Made by a program: the position numbers and the translations under genes
Notes under the pieces: model-generated
Seen by the model: only the letters and a program-made list of their open reading frames with translations
Database searches by the model: none
Told to the model about the DNA's origin: nothing
In this document: one piece after another, positions 1 through 8,055 of the stretch
Layout of the letters: the number at the start of each line of letters is the position of its first letter
How positions within the stretch are numbered: position 1 is the stretch's first letter
Source: a virus
Length of the DNA: 55,127 nt
Virus record (IMG/VR): IMGVR_UViG_3300045988_100944
Reading direction: 5' to 3' (one strand)

Positions 1-320
1 GCGTTGTCTCCGCCTGCCAGTTTAGCCCAGTTTCCGCCTGCCAGTTTAGCCCAGTTTCCGCCTGCCAGTTTAGCCCCGTATCCGCCTGCCAGTGTAGCCC
101 CGTTTCCGCCTGCCAGTTTAGCGTTGTCTCCGCCTGCCAGTGTAGCCCCGTATCCGCCTGCCAGTTTAGCGTTGTCTCCGCCTGCCAGTTTAGCCCAGTT
201 TCCGCCTGCCAGTTTAGCGTTGTCTCCGCCTGCCAGTTTAGCCCAGTTTCCGCCTGCCAGTTTAGCCCAGTCTCCGCCTGCAAGTTTAGCCCAGTTTCCG
301 CCTGCCAGTTTAGCGTTGTC
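1..320. repeat. 24-bp tandem repeat array, 13 units here (3 more at 55057-55127 across the junction)
   Basis: Read directly: invariant core CCGCCTGCCAGTTTAGC plus 7 variable nt; period 24 nt = 8 codons; five unit types. Confidence 0.95.
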
Positions 321-686
321 TACGACATTTTCTTTTTCTGAAACATTATCAACTTCTTCTTTAATCTGCCGATAGGTTACGTCAAAACTTGCCTTAATAA
401 ATTCTACTAAAGACAGCCTTGCGCCGATTTTTAGTTTCTTTGTGCAATATTTCTTCTCGTCATTTGTAAGAGTTTCGTCCATTGCTTCTACTTCCGAAAA
501 TTCGCACATTTCGCCGTTATTATCAATTAACGGATAATAGTCAAGTACGTCCATAGGATTTTTGCAGAAGTGCATACCATTCACGCAAATATTAGCTTCG
601 CTTTCTTCAAAAATCGTGTTCTCTGCGTACTGCTTGCTTTTGCAAATAAGCCCTTTACGAAAACCTTTATATCCTTTCATTCCCAT
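1..686 (-). CDS. Repeat protein, 5' part: globular head (DUF7666-like, from memory) then AKLAGGxx octapeptide repeats; ORF exits at position 1 and resumes at 55127
   Basis: ATG 686, GGAGG 8 nt upstream; own translation MGMKGYKGFRKGLICKSKQYAENTIFEESEANICVNGMHFCKNPMDVLDYYPL...; absent from ORF track because no stop in window. Confidence 0.8.
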   Translation of the reverse strand, partial: MGMKGYKGFRKGLICKSKQYAENTIFEESEANICVNGMHFCKNPMDVLDYYPLIDNNGEMCEFSEVEAMDETLTNDEKKYCTKKLKIGARLSLVEFIKASFDVTYRQIKEEVDNVSEKENVVDNAKLAGGNWAKLAGGDWAKLAGGNWAKLAGGDNAKLAGGNWAKLAGGDNAKLAGGYGATLAGGDNAKLAGGNGATLAGGYGAKLAGGNWAKLAGGNWAKLAGGDN

Positions 687-689
687 TTT

Positions 690-2624
690 TCAAACCTCCA
701 CTTTGCATACATTTAATTTTTCATCATCTGTCCTGCGAATAACAATTAACTGGCGGCTTACATCTGGAATCCTGTTTTCGTCCAATGATTCTGTATCGTC
801 AATCCAAATCGGCAGCTTGATTCCGTTCATGTCCTGCAATCCTTTTAACAAGAAAATTTCCGCAAGAATTCTGTCTCCGTGATTCAATCCATTAAAGTAA
901 TCAACGCCGTTAACATTGATTCTCAAAGTTTCCTTAATATCTCCGTTCAATGTTTCTTCGCTCATTTTGATTTTGATAAACTCAAATTTTCTGTTTACCA
1001 TATCCTCCAGAGCGGTGTTTTTGGCAATGCTAAAATCCTGCAACATATCAATCTGGCGTTCAACATCGGCTGTTTTCTGTGCCTGTTGCTTAACGGATTC
1101 TTTCAACGATTCAATTCGTTTTTCTGTATTTTCGGTATCTCTGATGATAGCGTTTATTTCAGATTCTTTCTGAGAAAGGTCAGCCTTATAGTTGCTGATT
1201 CTTTCCGTTACTTGCCGCCATAAATCAGTTGATTCAAAAATCCTTGCTGCTTCTGCTTCGGATTTTTCCAATTCTTCCGAAGTCCTTTTGTATTCCTCCG
1301 TTCCAGAAAATTTCATATCGGAAAATATTTTTTCTTTTTCAGAGGAAATTTCCTCTACTCGTTTCTTCTTATCGGAAATAAAAGCCGTAATTTCTTCGAT
1401 TTTCTTGGAATTAAGACTGATTTTTTCTTCAACCTCCTCAATCTTGGATTCGGCAGAGGAAATGGCACTTTCTGTAAGCCCGATATTTTCTTCTCTTTCT
1501 TTCTCAAATCTTTCTCTATCTTCCTCTGTTCTTTCTTCTGTCAAAGGTTGTCCACAAACATGACACACGCCGCTTGCGATAAAATCAGCATTTTTCAGCC
1601 GCAGGCGTTCTTTTACCAAATCCATCAACTCCTTATTTTTTAAGGCAAGAAAGATTTTGTTATCCTGCAATTTTGTATTTCTTTCGGTCAACTCCGCTGA
1701 TTTTTCTGAAATTTCCTTATCCAGAACAGCCAATTCTTCATTGATAGCACCGATTCTTTCCCTTTGCGTTTTTGTCTGCTCCTTTTCGATTTTGGATAAC
1801 TCACCTTTGAGTTTTTCGATATGAGCAAGCAGGAAACTGTACCTGTCGATTGAAATATTCAGTGCTTCTTTCAGATTCTCCATGCTATCAATGTTTCCGA
1901 TAATAGTCACTTTTTCGGATTCTAATTCCTGCAAATCGGAATCATCCGACCTGTCAAGTCTGCGTTGCTCGTAGTCCAATTCGACATTCTGCCTGTCCAG
2001 TTCTCCGTTTTCGACAGAAAGGCGTTTTTTCAGTTGCTTCAATACGTCCTCCGTTTTCTTTCCTGCGGTCATTTCGTAAATGCTCTGGTATTCTGCATTT
2101 TCCTTGCAAAAACGCTCAATATCGAACCCAGAAAGACCTTCAATGGCTTTTCTGGCATCCGCAGTCGATTTTTTCAAAGCTGAAAAAAATACAGACGCGT
2201 TAGAACACATTGCTACCGTTTCTGTCGGTGCGATACTGGCTAAAAAATCGTTTACTTCCGCAGCTTTCACAGACACACCATCGAGCGCATAAACAGTTTC
2301 ATTCCCGATAAAAACGCCCTTACGGTATTTTCTTTTTGTAACCTTTTTGATTTCGTGTTCCATCCCACCAATTTCCAAAGTAACCGCTCTTTCGATTTCC
2401 TTGACAGGCTTTTCTTCTCCGTTTTCGTCCACAGGACAAATATTGGTCGGTGCGGTACCATTCGCAAATTTCCCTGTCATAACATCAAAGTAGGCGTTCA
2501 TTAGTGTAGACTTGCCGCAACGGTTTTTTCCTCTGATTTCCGTTTTTTCGGAAAAGTCAACCTCCACATTTTCAGCACCCATATAGTTTTTAAGGCTGAT
2601 TTTTTTCAATAACACTTCCGTCAA
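690..2624 (-). CDS. Rad50/SbcC-like SMC-family ATPase with central CxxC hook-like motif
   Basis: 644 aa; Walker A GKNRCGKST, long E/K/L coiled coil, central CHVCGQ, C-terminal LPIWIDDTESLD. Confidence 0.8.
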   Translation of the reverse strand: MTEVLLKKISLKNYMGAENVEVDFSEKTEIRGKNRCGKSTLMNAYFDVMTGKFANGTAPTNICPVDENGEEKPVKEIERAVTLEIGGMEHEIKKVTKRKYRKGVFIGNETVYALDGVSVKAAEVNDFLASIAPTETVAMCSNASVFFSALKKSTADARKAIEGLSGFDIERFCKENAEYQSIYEMTAGKKTEDVLKQLKKRLSVENGELDRQNVELDYEQRRLDRSDDSDLQELESEKVTIIGNIDSMENLKEALNISIDRYSFLLAHIEKLKGELSKIEKEQTKTQRERIGAINEELAVLDKEISEKSAELTERNTKLQDNKIFLALKNKELMDLVKERLRLKNADFIASGVCHVCGQPLTEERTEEDRERFEKEREENIGLTESAISSAESKIEEVEEKISLNSKKIEEITAFISDKKKRVEEISSEKEKIFSDMKFSGTEEYKRTSEELEKSEAEAARIFESTDLWRQVTERISNYKADLSQKESEINAIIRDTENTEKRIESLKESVKQQAQKTADVERQIDMLQDFSIAKNTALEDMVNRKFEFIKIKMSEETLNGDIKETLRINVNGVDYFNGLNHGDRILAEIFLLKGLQDMNGIKLPIWIDDTESLDENRIPDVSRQLIVIRRTDDEKLNVCKVEV

Positions 2625-2803
2625 TCACTCCACATCCTTTCTATACATTCGCTACAGCCAACGATTTCTCCGTCATCCCTTTTATAAAGGTATTCGTATT
2701 GCGTCTCTTGGCAGTGCGGACATTCTTCCTGCTCTTTTTCGCAGTAGCCGCAGCTGTCACATTCAGTCTTTATTCCTGTCCTGCATGGGTAAGCCATCAT
2801 CAT
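2621..2803 (-). CDS. Small Cys-rich zinc-finger-like protein, stop overlaps ATPase start
   Basis: ORF track 2621..2845 trimmed to ATG cluster after GGCGGTG; CDSCGYC, CPHC, CSEC. Confidence 0.55.
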   Translation of the reverse strand: MMMAYPCRTGIKTECDSCGYCEKEQEECPHCQETQYEYLYKRDDGEIVGCSECIERMWSD

Positions 2804-2948
2804 CACCGCCAGCAAGCATAGCCAAGATTTGTTTGGCATCCACAAATTTATCTGTTTTCAGATACGCAATAGCAGCCTTTACCCTGCCGTTCAACTCCCA
2901 AAGTTCCTGCAACTCATTCTCTGGTGTTAATTCTCTGCCGTTTTTCAT
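2763..2948 (-). CDS. Small hypothetical protein
   Basis: ORF track 2763..3008 trimmed to internal ATG behind GGAGGA. Confidence 0.45.
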   Translation of the reverse strand: MKNGRELTPENELQELWELNGRVKAAIAYLKTDKFVDAKQILAMLAGGDDDGLPMQDRNKD

Positions 2949-3336
2949 TCTCTCTTTCCTCCATTTTTCGTCTTTTATATTTTTTTGAGTATTCTTTCTT
3001 GTAGGCATCGACCTTCTCCTTATTGCTCTCCTGATAGGCTCGCACGCTTGCTATGTATCTGTCTCTGTTCTTTCGGTAACGCTCCCTAGCCTTTTCGCGA
3101 ATCCTCTCTTTGTTTTTCTCGTAATAGCTTTTCTGGTATGCTTTGGCATATTCTTTGCGTTCTGAATAATACTTTCTGAGGTATTCTTTTTTTCTCAAGC
3201 CGGTTTTGCTTCTCGTCATCCCTGCAATTCTGTTGATTTCAGCGTCCGTCACATACTCCTTTCGTGAAAAATCATCACAGATGCAATCTGGGTGCGGACA
3301 TTCAAAACAGTTGAAATCGCATACAGGCTTTTTCAT
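2914..3336 (-). CDS. Basic K/R/Y-rich protein with N-terminal Cys cluster
   Basis: 140 aa; GGAGGA RBS; CDFNCFECPHPDCIC then KEY/RKY-rich helices. Confidence 0.6.
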   Translation of the reverse strand: MKKPVCDFNCFECPHPDCICDDFSRKEYVTDAEINRIAGMTRSKTGLRKKEYLRKYYSERKEYAKAYQKSYYEKNKERIREKARERYRKNRDRYIASVRAYQESNKEKVDAYKKEYSKKYKRRKMEERENEKRQRINTRE

Positions 3337-3536
3337 TTTTCCTGTCCTCCGTAGAACAAACTGCCGATTGCGATTGCAATCATGACGCTGCTCGCGAGAT
3401 AAAACATCATTCGCCCGTCAGCATTTTCCAGAACAAACACCATGACACAAAGAGAAAGAAGCGTTCCCAGAAACATAGCTGCCCACCGCAGCAGACCACG
3501 GCGGATGTAAAACGCAGTCCGTTTCCAATTTCTCAT
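3333..3536 (-). CDS. Small membrane protein
   Basis: 67 aa, two hydrophobic helices; ATGA-type coupling to neighbours. Confidence 0.55.
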   Translation of the reverse strand: MRNWKRTAFYIRRGLLRWAAMFLGTLLSLCVMVFVLENADGRMMFYLASSVMIAIAIGSLFYGGQEK

Positions 3537-3769
3537 AACCTCACCACTTCCCCATCACTTTCAAAGAACTGACTGTAGCGGAAACTCTCTGTGTATCCTC
3601 CTGCAAAAATGGCAGTGAAGATGAATGGATACAACCCTGTTACCGTTCCCGTTCTTCTTTTCCGCAAGACGTTTGCTCCATGTCTGTCCTTGCCAAACTC
3701 AAGCACCTTAACCTTCTTTCCTACAAACAGTTTCTTTTGCGCTGTTTCTCTGATTTGTTCGATTTTCAT
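3533..3769 (-). CDS. Veg-like small protein (weak)
   Basis: Trimmed to MKIEQIRE...; GLYPFIF...ESFRYSQF pattern recalls B. subtilis Veg. Confidence 0.4.
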   Translation of the reverse strand: MKIEQIRETAQKKLFVGKKVKVLEFGKDRHGANVLRKRRTGTVTGLYPFIFTAIFAGGYTESFRYSQFFESDGEVVRL

Positions 3770-3917
3770 GTTTTGCACCCCTACCTTTGCTACACTCCGG
3801 GCAATAATAGCCCTTCCCGGTATCCTGCGTTGCGGCAATGTTCCAAACGTTACCGCAGATATTGCAGGCTACTACTCTTTTATTTGTTGGCGTTCTACGC
3901 GGCAACCCGATTGACAT
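3708..3917 (-). CDS. Zinc-ribbon small protein
   Basis: CNICG...CPEC; about 60-nt overlap with next ORF so boundaries uncertain. Confidence 0.4.
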   Translation of the reverse strand: MSIGLPRRTPTNKRVVACNICGNVWNIAATQDTGKGYYCPECSKGRGAKHENRTNQRNSAKETVCRKEG

Positions 3918-3935
3918 TTCCTATCCCTGCCCTTC

Positions 3936-4031
3936 TTACTTCTTCTGGTTAAAAAAGGCATACAGGAAAATCAGAACCATCTCCGATGCGATTGTCACGA
4001 AAACGCCTGCTACAAATGGATTTACATACAT
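3936..4031 (-). CDS. 31-aa hydrophobic peptide
   Basis: Own translation MYVNPFVAGVFVTIASEMVLIFLYAFFNQKK; GAGGTG RBS. Confidence 0.35.
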   Translation of the reverse strand: MYVNPFVAGVFVTIASEMVLIFLYAFFNQKK

Positions 4032-4044
4032 ATTCAACACCTCG

Positions 4045-4182
4045 CTAACGGACTGCATATATCAGAATTGCGCAAATAAGCCATAAAACAGTCCAAAATC
4101 TCAATTCTTTGCCTTCGTTTTCAATGCACATTACAAAAAACGAAAATTGCAATACAATTAAAATGATTTTTATTACAATCAT
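4045..4182 (-). CDS. 45-aa membrane peptide
   Basis: Own translation MIVIKIILIVLQFSFFVMCIENEGKELRFWTVLWLICAILIYAVR; GGAGGAAAAGG RBS. Confidence 0.4.
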   Translation of the reverse strand: MIVIKIILIVLQFSFFVMCIENEGKELRFWTVLWLICAILIYAVR

Positions 4183-4319
4183 TCCTTTTCCTCCGCATCT
4201 TCTTTTTTCCGCTCTGCCATGCTCTCTACTTTGCCGAGGATATAACCCTTGTCAAAATCGGACATCTGCGGAATTGCTTCTTTCAGCTTTTCTACTACCT
4301 GTTTTTCCTTTTCGCTCAT
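4179..4319 (-). CDS. 46-aa acidic helical protein
   Basis: Own translation MSEKEKQVVEKLKEAIPQMSDFDKGYILGKVESMAERKKEDAEEKE; AAGGAGGTG RBS. Confidence 0.45.
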   Translation of the reverse strand: MSEKEKQVVEKLKEAIPQMSDFDKGYILGKVESMAERKKEDAEEKE

Positions 4320-4336
4320 TTCCTGCACCTCCTTCC

Positions 4337-4555
4337 TTAAATTTTCTTCCCATTATCGTCAACCGCATAAAGCTCGATAATATGAGGTTCTCCGTCAATA
4401 AAATCTACAACCGCAGCAACATGAAAATCGTTTCCAAAGTGCAGCGTGATAACACTTGCGGTTCCACCATCGCTACATTCCGCTGTTTGCTCATGAGCTT
4501 CTGCAAACCGAAATCCTATTGAAACATCAAATTCATTTAATTTATCAATGTTCAT
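4337..4555 (-). CDS. Hypothetical protein (72 aa)
   Basis: ORF track; packed in co-directional array. Confidence 0.5.
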   Translation of the reverse strand: MNIDKLNEFDVSIGFRFAEAHEQTAECSDGGTASVITLHFGNDFHVAAVVDFIDGEPHIIELYAVDDNGKKI

Positions 4556-4570
4556 CTTTCTTTCTCCCTT

Positions 4571-5380
4571 CTATGCGCAATATTTAATTTCGTACTCGGA
4601 GACAATTTTTGAAAAAATCTCCCGAAGTTTCTTGTCTCCCTCAATCACATCAATTTTTCTGATACTATTGATTGCGGTTTTGGTCGCACCAGAATTTCCC
4701 ATCCTCTGCTTCATGTTTCTAAGCCTTGTGCCTAAGTCGCATCCGGCTCTTTGTTCCAATTCTGAATACAGTTGGGTATTCAATGTTTGAAAATCAATTT
4801 TGGAACTAAACTGAACACGTTTAATTTTTCTGTTAATCTCAATCCGCCAATTATCCAGTACAGGTTTAACAGCTTCCTTAATTGTTTCTGTAGTTTCAAC
4901 CGCCTTTTTCGCTGTTTCATTCGCAAGTGCAATCTGCCTGTCTCGCTCTTTATCTTCCAACTCTTTATTGGCGATGCTTTGAGCCAGTTTTAAGATAAGC
5001 TGTGTTTCCGGCGATAATTCCTCATTGACAAGCCGCCTTGTCTTAAAATATCCGTTCACAAGCTGTCTCTGAACCGTCCATGCCAAATCGTCCGTAAATG
5101 ACTTGACTAACATCAAATATCCCTGTTCTGTTAGAAGAATTTTGTTTGTAAAATCATTGTCAGATATAGGAAACATGCGGCTTGTACGAATTTCGTCCGC
5201 ACTAACAACGAAATAATCTTCTCCATCAATAAATCTATTTCTGTTAGAATTAAAATTTCTTCTCGCCGTTCCCTCAGGTCTTTCATGGACCATATCAACA
5301 TCTTTCAATGTTACAACTCTTTGCCCTCGATATTCCTTTACCGAAATATCAGTATTTTGGATATGAACCAAATCGTGCAT
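4571..5380 (-). CDS. ORF6N/KilA-N-type DNA-binding protein (antirepressor-like), paralog 1
   Basis: VKEYRGQRVVTLKDVDMVHERPEGTARRNFNSNRNRFIDGEDYF...TEQGYLMLVKSF; paralog at 8053..8724. Confidence 0.75.
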   Translation of the reverse strand: MHDLVHIQNTDISVKEYRGQRVVTLKDVDMVHERPEGTARRNFNSNRNRFIDGEDYFVVSADEIRTSRMFPISDNDFTNKILLTEQGYLMLVKSFTDDLAWTVQRQLVNGYFKTRRLVNEELSPETQLILKLAQSIANKELEDKERDRQIALANETAKKAVETTETIKEAVKPVLDNWRIEINRKIKRVQFSSKIDFQTLNTQLYSELEQRAGCDLGTRLRNMKQRMGNSGATKTAINSIRKIDVIEGDKKLREIFSKIVSEYEIKYCA

Positions 5381-5436
5381 TGCACCATTCCTTTCTGTGT
5401 TATAATTTCCTTATCAAATAATAAGGAGGTGAATTT

Positions 5437-5628
5437 ATGGAAAAACGAATCATCAAATGTGATAACCTTTCGGAATCCCAGATAAACCAAATCATTTCAG
5501 ATTATGAAAAATGCGGTTGGCGATTTATCGGTATTTCAGAAGGATTTCCGCCGGACTATCGATGGATTCATTTAGAGTGGTCTAAAGACCGACCTCCGAT
5601 TTTTCCCGAAACAGAACCCAACAGTTGA
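5437..5628 (+). CDS. Hypothetical small protein (63 aa)
   Basis: AAGGAGGTG RBS; TGTTATAAT upstream at 5396-5404; 3' end overlaps convergent ORF. Confidence 0.55.
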   Translation: MEKRIIKCDNLSESQINQIISDYEKCGWRFIGISEGFPPDYRWIHLEWSKDRPPIFPETEPNS

Positions 5629-5776
5629 TTCCTTCCGTATTTGGCGTGAATATTACCCTGTAGGCTCTTTTCAGTAAGTCGTTTCTATCTTTTTCTGTAT
5701 GCGCTATAGCGATACACTGAATAGAGCCTTTAGAAGTAAAATCCACTATGGTTTTCCCGAATTTTCTTTCTTCCAT
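5582..5776 (-). CDS. Hypothetical small protein (64 aa)
   Basis: ORF track 5582..6037 trimmed to MEERKFGK behind GGAAGGAGGTG. Confidence 0.5.
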   Translation of the reverse strand: MEERKFGKTIVDFTSKGSIQCIAIAHTEKDRNDLLKRAYRVIFTPNTEGINCWVLFREKSEVGL

Positions 5777-5865
5777 CGTTTCACCTCCTTCCCTGTTTTG
5801 TGGTATAATCCCTTTAAAAAGGAGATTTTCAAAATGTTTCATGATTACGATAGAATCAATAAAAT

Positions 5866-6192
5866 ATGCAGAGCAACTTAGATGCCATGTCCCCAGATTA
5901 TGAAGAAGGTAAAAGCCCTCTTGAAATGATGGAACACCAGACGGCTTTTCTTGAGAAAACATCTCATGAACTCCGCAATCTTGCTGATTCTGCAAAATCT
6001 CAAGCTGAATCTGCCAAAGCAGTCGCGGACAGTTCAAAAATTCAAGCTGATGCAGCCATCGAACAATCCAAATTAGCGAAGGAAACGGCGGAATCGTCCA
6101 GAAAATATTCCAACATTTCTGTCATAACATCCATTGTTTCCATCACAATTAGTATCGCAGCCATCATATTACCCTTGATATTGAAATCATGA
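5866..6192 (+). CDS. Tail-anchored coiled-coil membrane protein
   Basis: ADSAKSQAESAKAVADSSKIQADAA helical repeats then C-terminal TM ISVITSIVSITISIAAIILPLIL. Confidence 0.55.
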   Translation: MQSNLDAMSPDYEEGKSPLEMMEHQTAFLEKTSHELRNLADSAKSQAESAKAVADSSKIQADAAIEQSKLAKETAESSRKYSNISVITSIVSITISIAAIILPLILKS

Positions 6193-6247
6193 AGGCTACA
6201 ATAGAAACCGCTAATGCAACCAAAGAAAAGTAAAATACTTTTTTCAT
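6164..6247 (-). CDS. 27-aa hydrophobic peptide, antisense to 3' end of 5866..6192
   Basis: Own translation MKKVFYFSLVALAVSIVAFMISISRVI behind GGAGGTGGTGGG. Confidence 0.35.
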   Translation of the reverse strand: MKKVFYFSLVALAVSIVAFMISISRVI

Positions 6248-6276
6248 CCCACCACCTCCTTATTGACTTAATGAGT

Positions 6277-6789
6277 TCAGTTTTCTTCTCTCTTTGCCTT
6301 TTGATACGGAACGGCGCAGTATAACTTTTTCCCTATTTTCTTTGTTTCAGACTTGCGAATACCATACTTTCCCCCTTTTCTTTTCCGCACAGGTTCGGAC
6401 AACGCTTTTTCTATGTCCCATCCATTTCTTAATCTGGAATAAACAACAGAAAGCGAAACTGTCTTTTCTCTGCATAGTTCGCACAGTTTAACAACTTTTC
6501 CGTCATACAAAACAAAAATTGTGTTTCTTTTGTTTCTCGCATTTTCCGCCCTTGTTATCCATCTACAATTGTTCGGTTCATAATTTCCGAATGTATCCAT
6601 TCTATCTATCAATAATCGAGAGGTATATCCATTTTCTAATGCCCAATGTTTGAACTCATCAAAAGAATTTCTCCATTCATCACAAACTTTAATTCCATTT
6701 CTTTTATAAGAATCGTCTTTGTAATTACCATGACACCGCCCTATCATCAAAGTCCAAATCCTCTTTAATCTATCCGCATCTCCTTCCAT
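6277..6789 (-). CDS. AP2-like DNA-binding domain protein
   Basis: IWTLMIGRCH...GIKVCDEWRNSFDEFKHWALENGY...IDRMDTFGNYEPNNCRWIT, pattern recalled from phage AP2-domain proteins. Confidence 0.5.
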   Translation of the reverse strand: MEGDADRLKRIWTLMIGRCHGNYKDDSYKRNGIKVCDEWRNSFDEFKHWALENGYTSRLLIDRMDTFGNYEPNNCRWITRAENARNKRNTIFVLYDGKVVKLCELCREKTVSLSVVYSRLRNGWDIEKALSEPVRKRKGGKYGIRKSETKKIGKKLYCAVPYQKAKREEN

Positions 6790-6877
6790 TTTCCATCACC
6801 CCCTCATTTTATTTGACTTTGTATGTTTAATTTATCACACATAATCAATCCTGTCAACCATTTTATTTGAAAATTGT

Positions 6878-6906
6878 TTGACAATGTATGATTCACATGT
6901 TATTAT
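6878..6906 (+). promoter_or_regulatory. Sigma-A-type promoter of the 6931 HTH gene
   Basis: TTGACA, 17 nt, TATTAT. Confidence 0.55.
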
Positions 6907-6930
6907 ATAGTAAAAGGAGGTGATAAAAAG

Positions 6931-7296
6931 ATGGGCGAACGATTAAAACTGCTAAGAGAAAGGCTCGGAATGACACAAGACGCTTTTGCAGAAAAAGTAG
7001 AATTGACCAAGAACTACATTTCCCTTGTTGAAACAGGAAATAGGAATCTGGCAGATAGAACTTTGAAAGATATTTGTAGAAAACTAAATGTAAATGAAGA
7101 ATGGCTAAGAAATGGTACGGGAGAAATGTTCCTGCCAATTTCAAAAGACGATGAAATTTCAGAGTTATTCGGTGAAGTCCTAAGAGAAAGAGACGGTAAT
7201 TTCAAACATAGACTTGTCAGTGCTTTAGCCAGATTGGATGAAGACGGATGGGATAAATTAGAAGAATTGATTGATATGCTTTCCGGCTCAAAATAA
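6931..7296 (+). CDS. XRE/Cro-CI family HTH protein, maintenance-repressor candidate
   Basis: LKLLRERLGMTQDAFAEKVELTKNYISLVETGNRN; own promoter and terminator, opposed to the leftward genes. Confidence 0.85.
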   Translation: MGERLKLLRERLGMTQDAFAEKVELTKNYISLVETGNRNLADRTLKDICRKLNVNEEWLRNGTGEMFLPISKDDEISELFGEVLRERDGNFKHRLVSALARLDEDGWDKLEELIDMLSGSK

Positions 7297-7302
7297 GAAA
7301 AG

Positions 7303-7336
7303 CCCTGCACCGAAAAAAGTGCAGGGTCAATTTTTT
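7303..7336. terminator. Bidirectional intrinsic terminator
   Basis: CCCTGCAC/GTGCAGGG stem flanked by A-run and T-run. Confidence 0.8.
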
Positions 7337-7466
7337 ATTTCAGTAATGTATTTAAAAAAACATAAATCGAACGAAGCCAGTATTCATCATCAATTTTTTT
7401 GCTCATTTTCAAAATTTCAGCACGATAAAATTCCTTCTCTTTAAAGATTTCTTCATTTCTTGTCAT
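7335..7466 (-). CDS. 43-aa hypothetical protein
   Basis: Own translation MTRNEEIFKEKEFYRAEILKMSKKIDDEYWLRSIYVFLNTLLK; weak RBS. Confidence 0.3.
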   Translation of the reverse strand: MTRNEEIFKEKEFYRAEILKMSKKIDDEYWLRSIYVFLNTLLK

Positions 7467-7704
7467 AATCTTAACGCCCTTTCTACATTTTCGACATTTT
7501 TAGCTATAGACTTTTTATTTTCAAGGTTTACAATAGATATTAGGCGGCGAGAACGCCAATCCAAACGCCGCCCAATAACCAGAACTGCGGTGTACCTGTT
7601 TTTTAGGTACAAGCTAATTATACCAGAAGGGAGAAGGATTCCATTGCAGTTGACTACCAAACATTCAGCAAAACTTTCCATTCGACTACAAAATAGAAAG
7701 GTGT

Positions 7705-8019
7705 GTGAATTATGGGGTAAAACCGGGGCAATGTATATCGAATCTTAAATCCGAGTTATGCCGCGAGATGCTTCTAAAGGGGTGGAGCGTTGCGCAGCTT
7801 TCCATCCAGTGCGATTTATCATACAAGGCTATGTATAATATCATCAATGAGGAACCGGAAGATATGCGGCTTTCCACGTTCGTTAGAATCTGCGACAATG
7901 TCGGTATATCTCTGGTAAAAGTTCTGGAAATTTCCAATTCGGAAATTATTGACGATGGGCTGTCCAAGGCTCTCATCACTTGTGGCGGCAATCGTTACAT
8001 ATTGAAACGAATATTTTAG
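7705..8019 (+). CDS. XRE-family HTH protein (second)
   Basis: LLKGWSVAQLSIQCDLSYKAMYNIINEE...FVRICDNVGISLVKVLE; GTG start. Confidence 0.7.
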   Translation: MNYGVKPGQCISNLKSELCREMLLKGWSVAQLSIQCDLSYKAMYNIINEEPEDMRLSTFVRICDNVGISLVKVLEISNSEIIDDGLSKALITCGGNRYILKRIF

Positions 8020-8025
8020 GATTGA

Positions 8026-8055
8026 GGGGCTTTTATTAGCCCCCTTTCCTTTTTA
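8026..8055. terminator. Terminator shared by convergent genes
   Basis: GGGGC/GCCCC stem then CTTTCCTTTTT. Confidence 0.6.

Noticed and set aside
1-320. Possible CRISPR array
   Set aside because: The units are contiguous 24-bp tandem copies with no unique spacers, and they lie inside a coding frame. No cas genes are present.
4-375. Plus-strand 123-aa ORF encoding PPASLAQF repeats
   Set aside because: It is the mirror frame of the 24-bp repeat. The minus-strand frame has an RBS and ATG at 686, a globular head, and continues in frame to a proper C-terminus across the junction. The plus ORF has no RBS or context.
1-686. Diversity-generating retroelement acting on the variable repeat positions
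   Set aside because: There is no reverse transcriptase ORF and no template-repeat copy elsewhere in the window. The variation consists of shuffled whole unit types, not adenine-specific substitutions.
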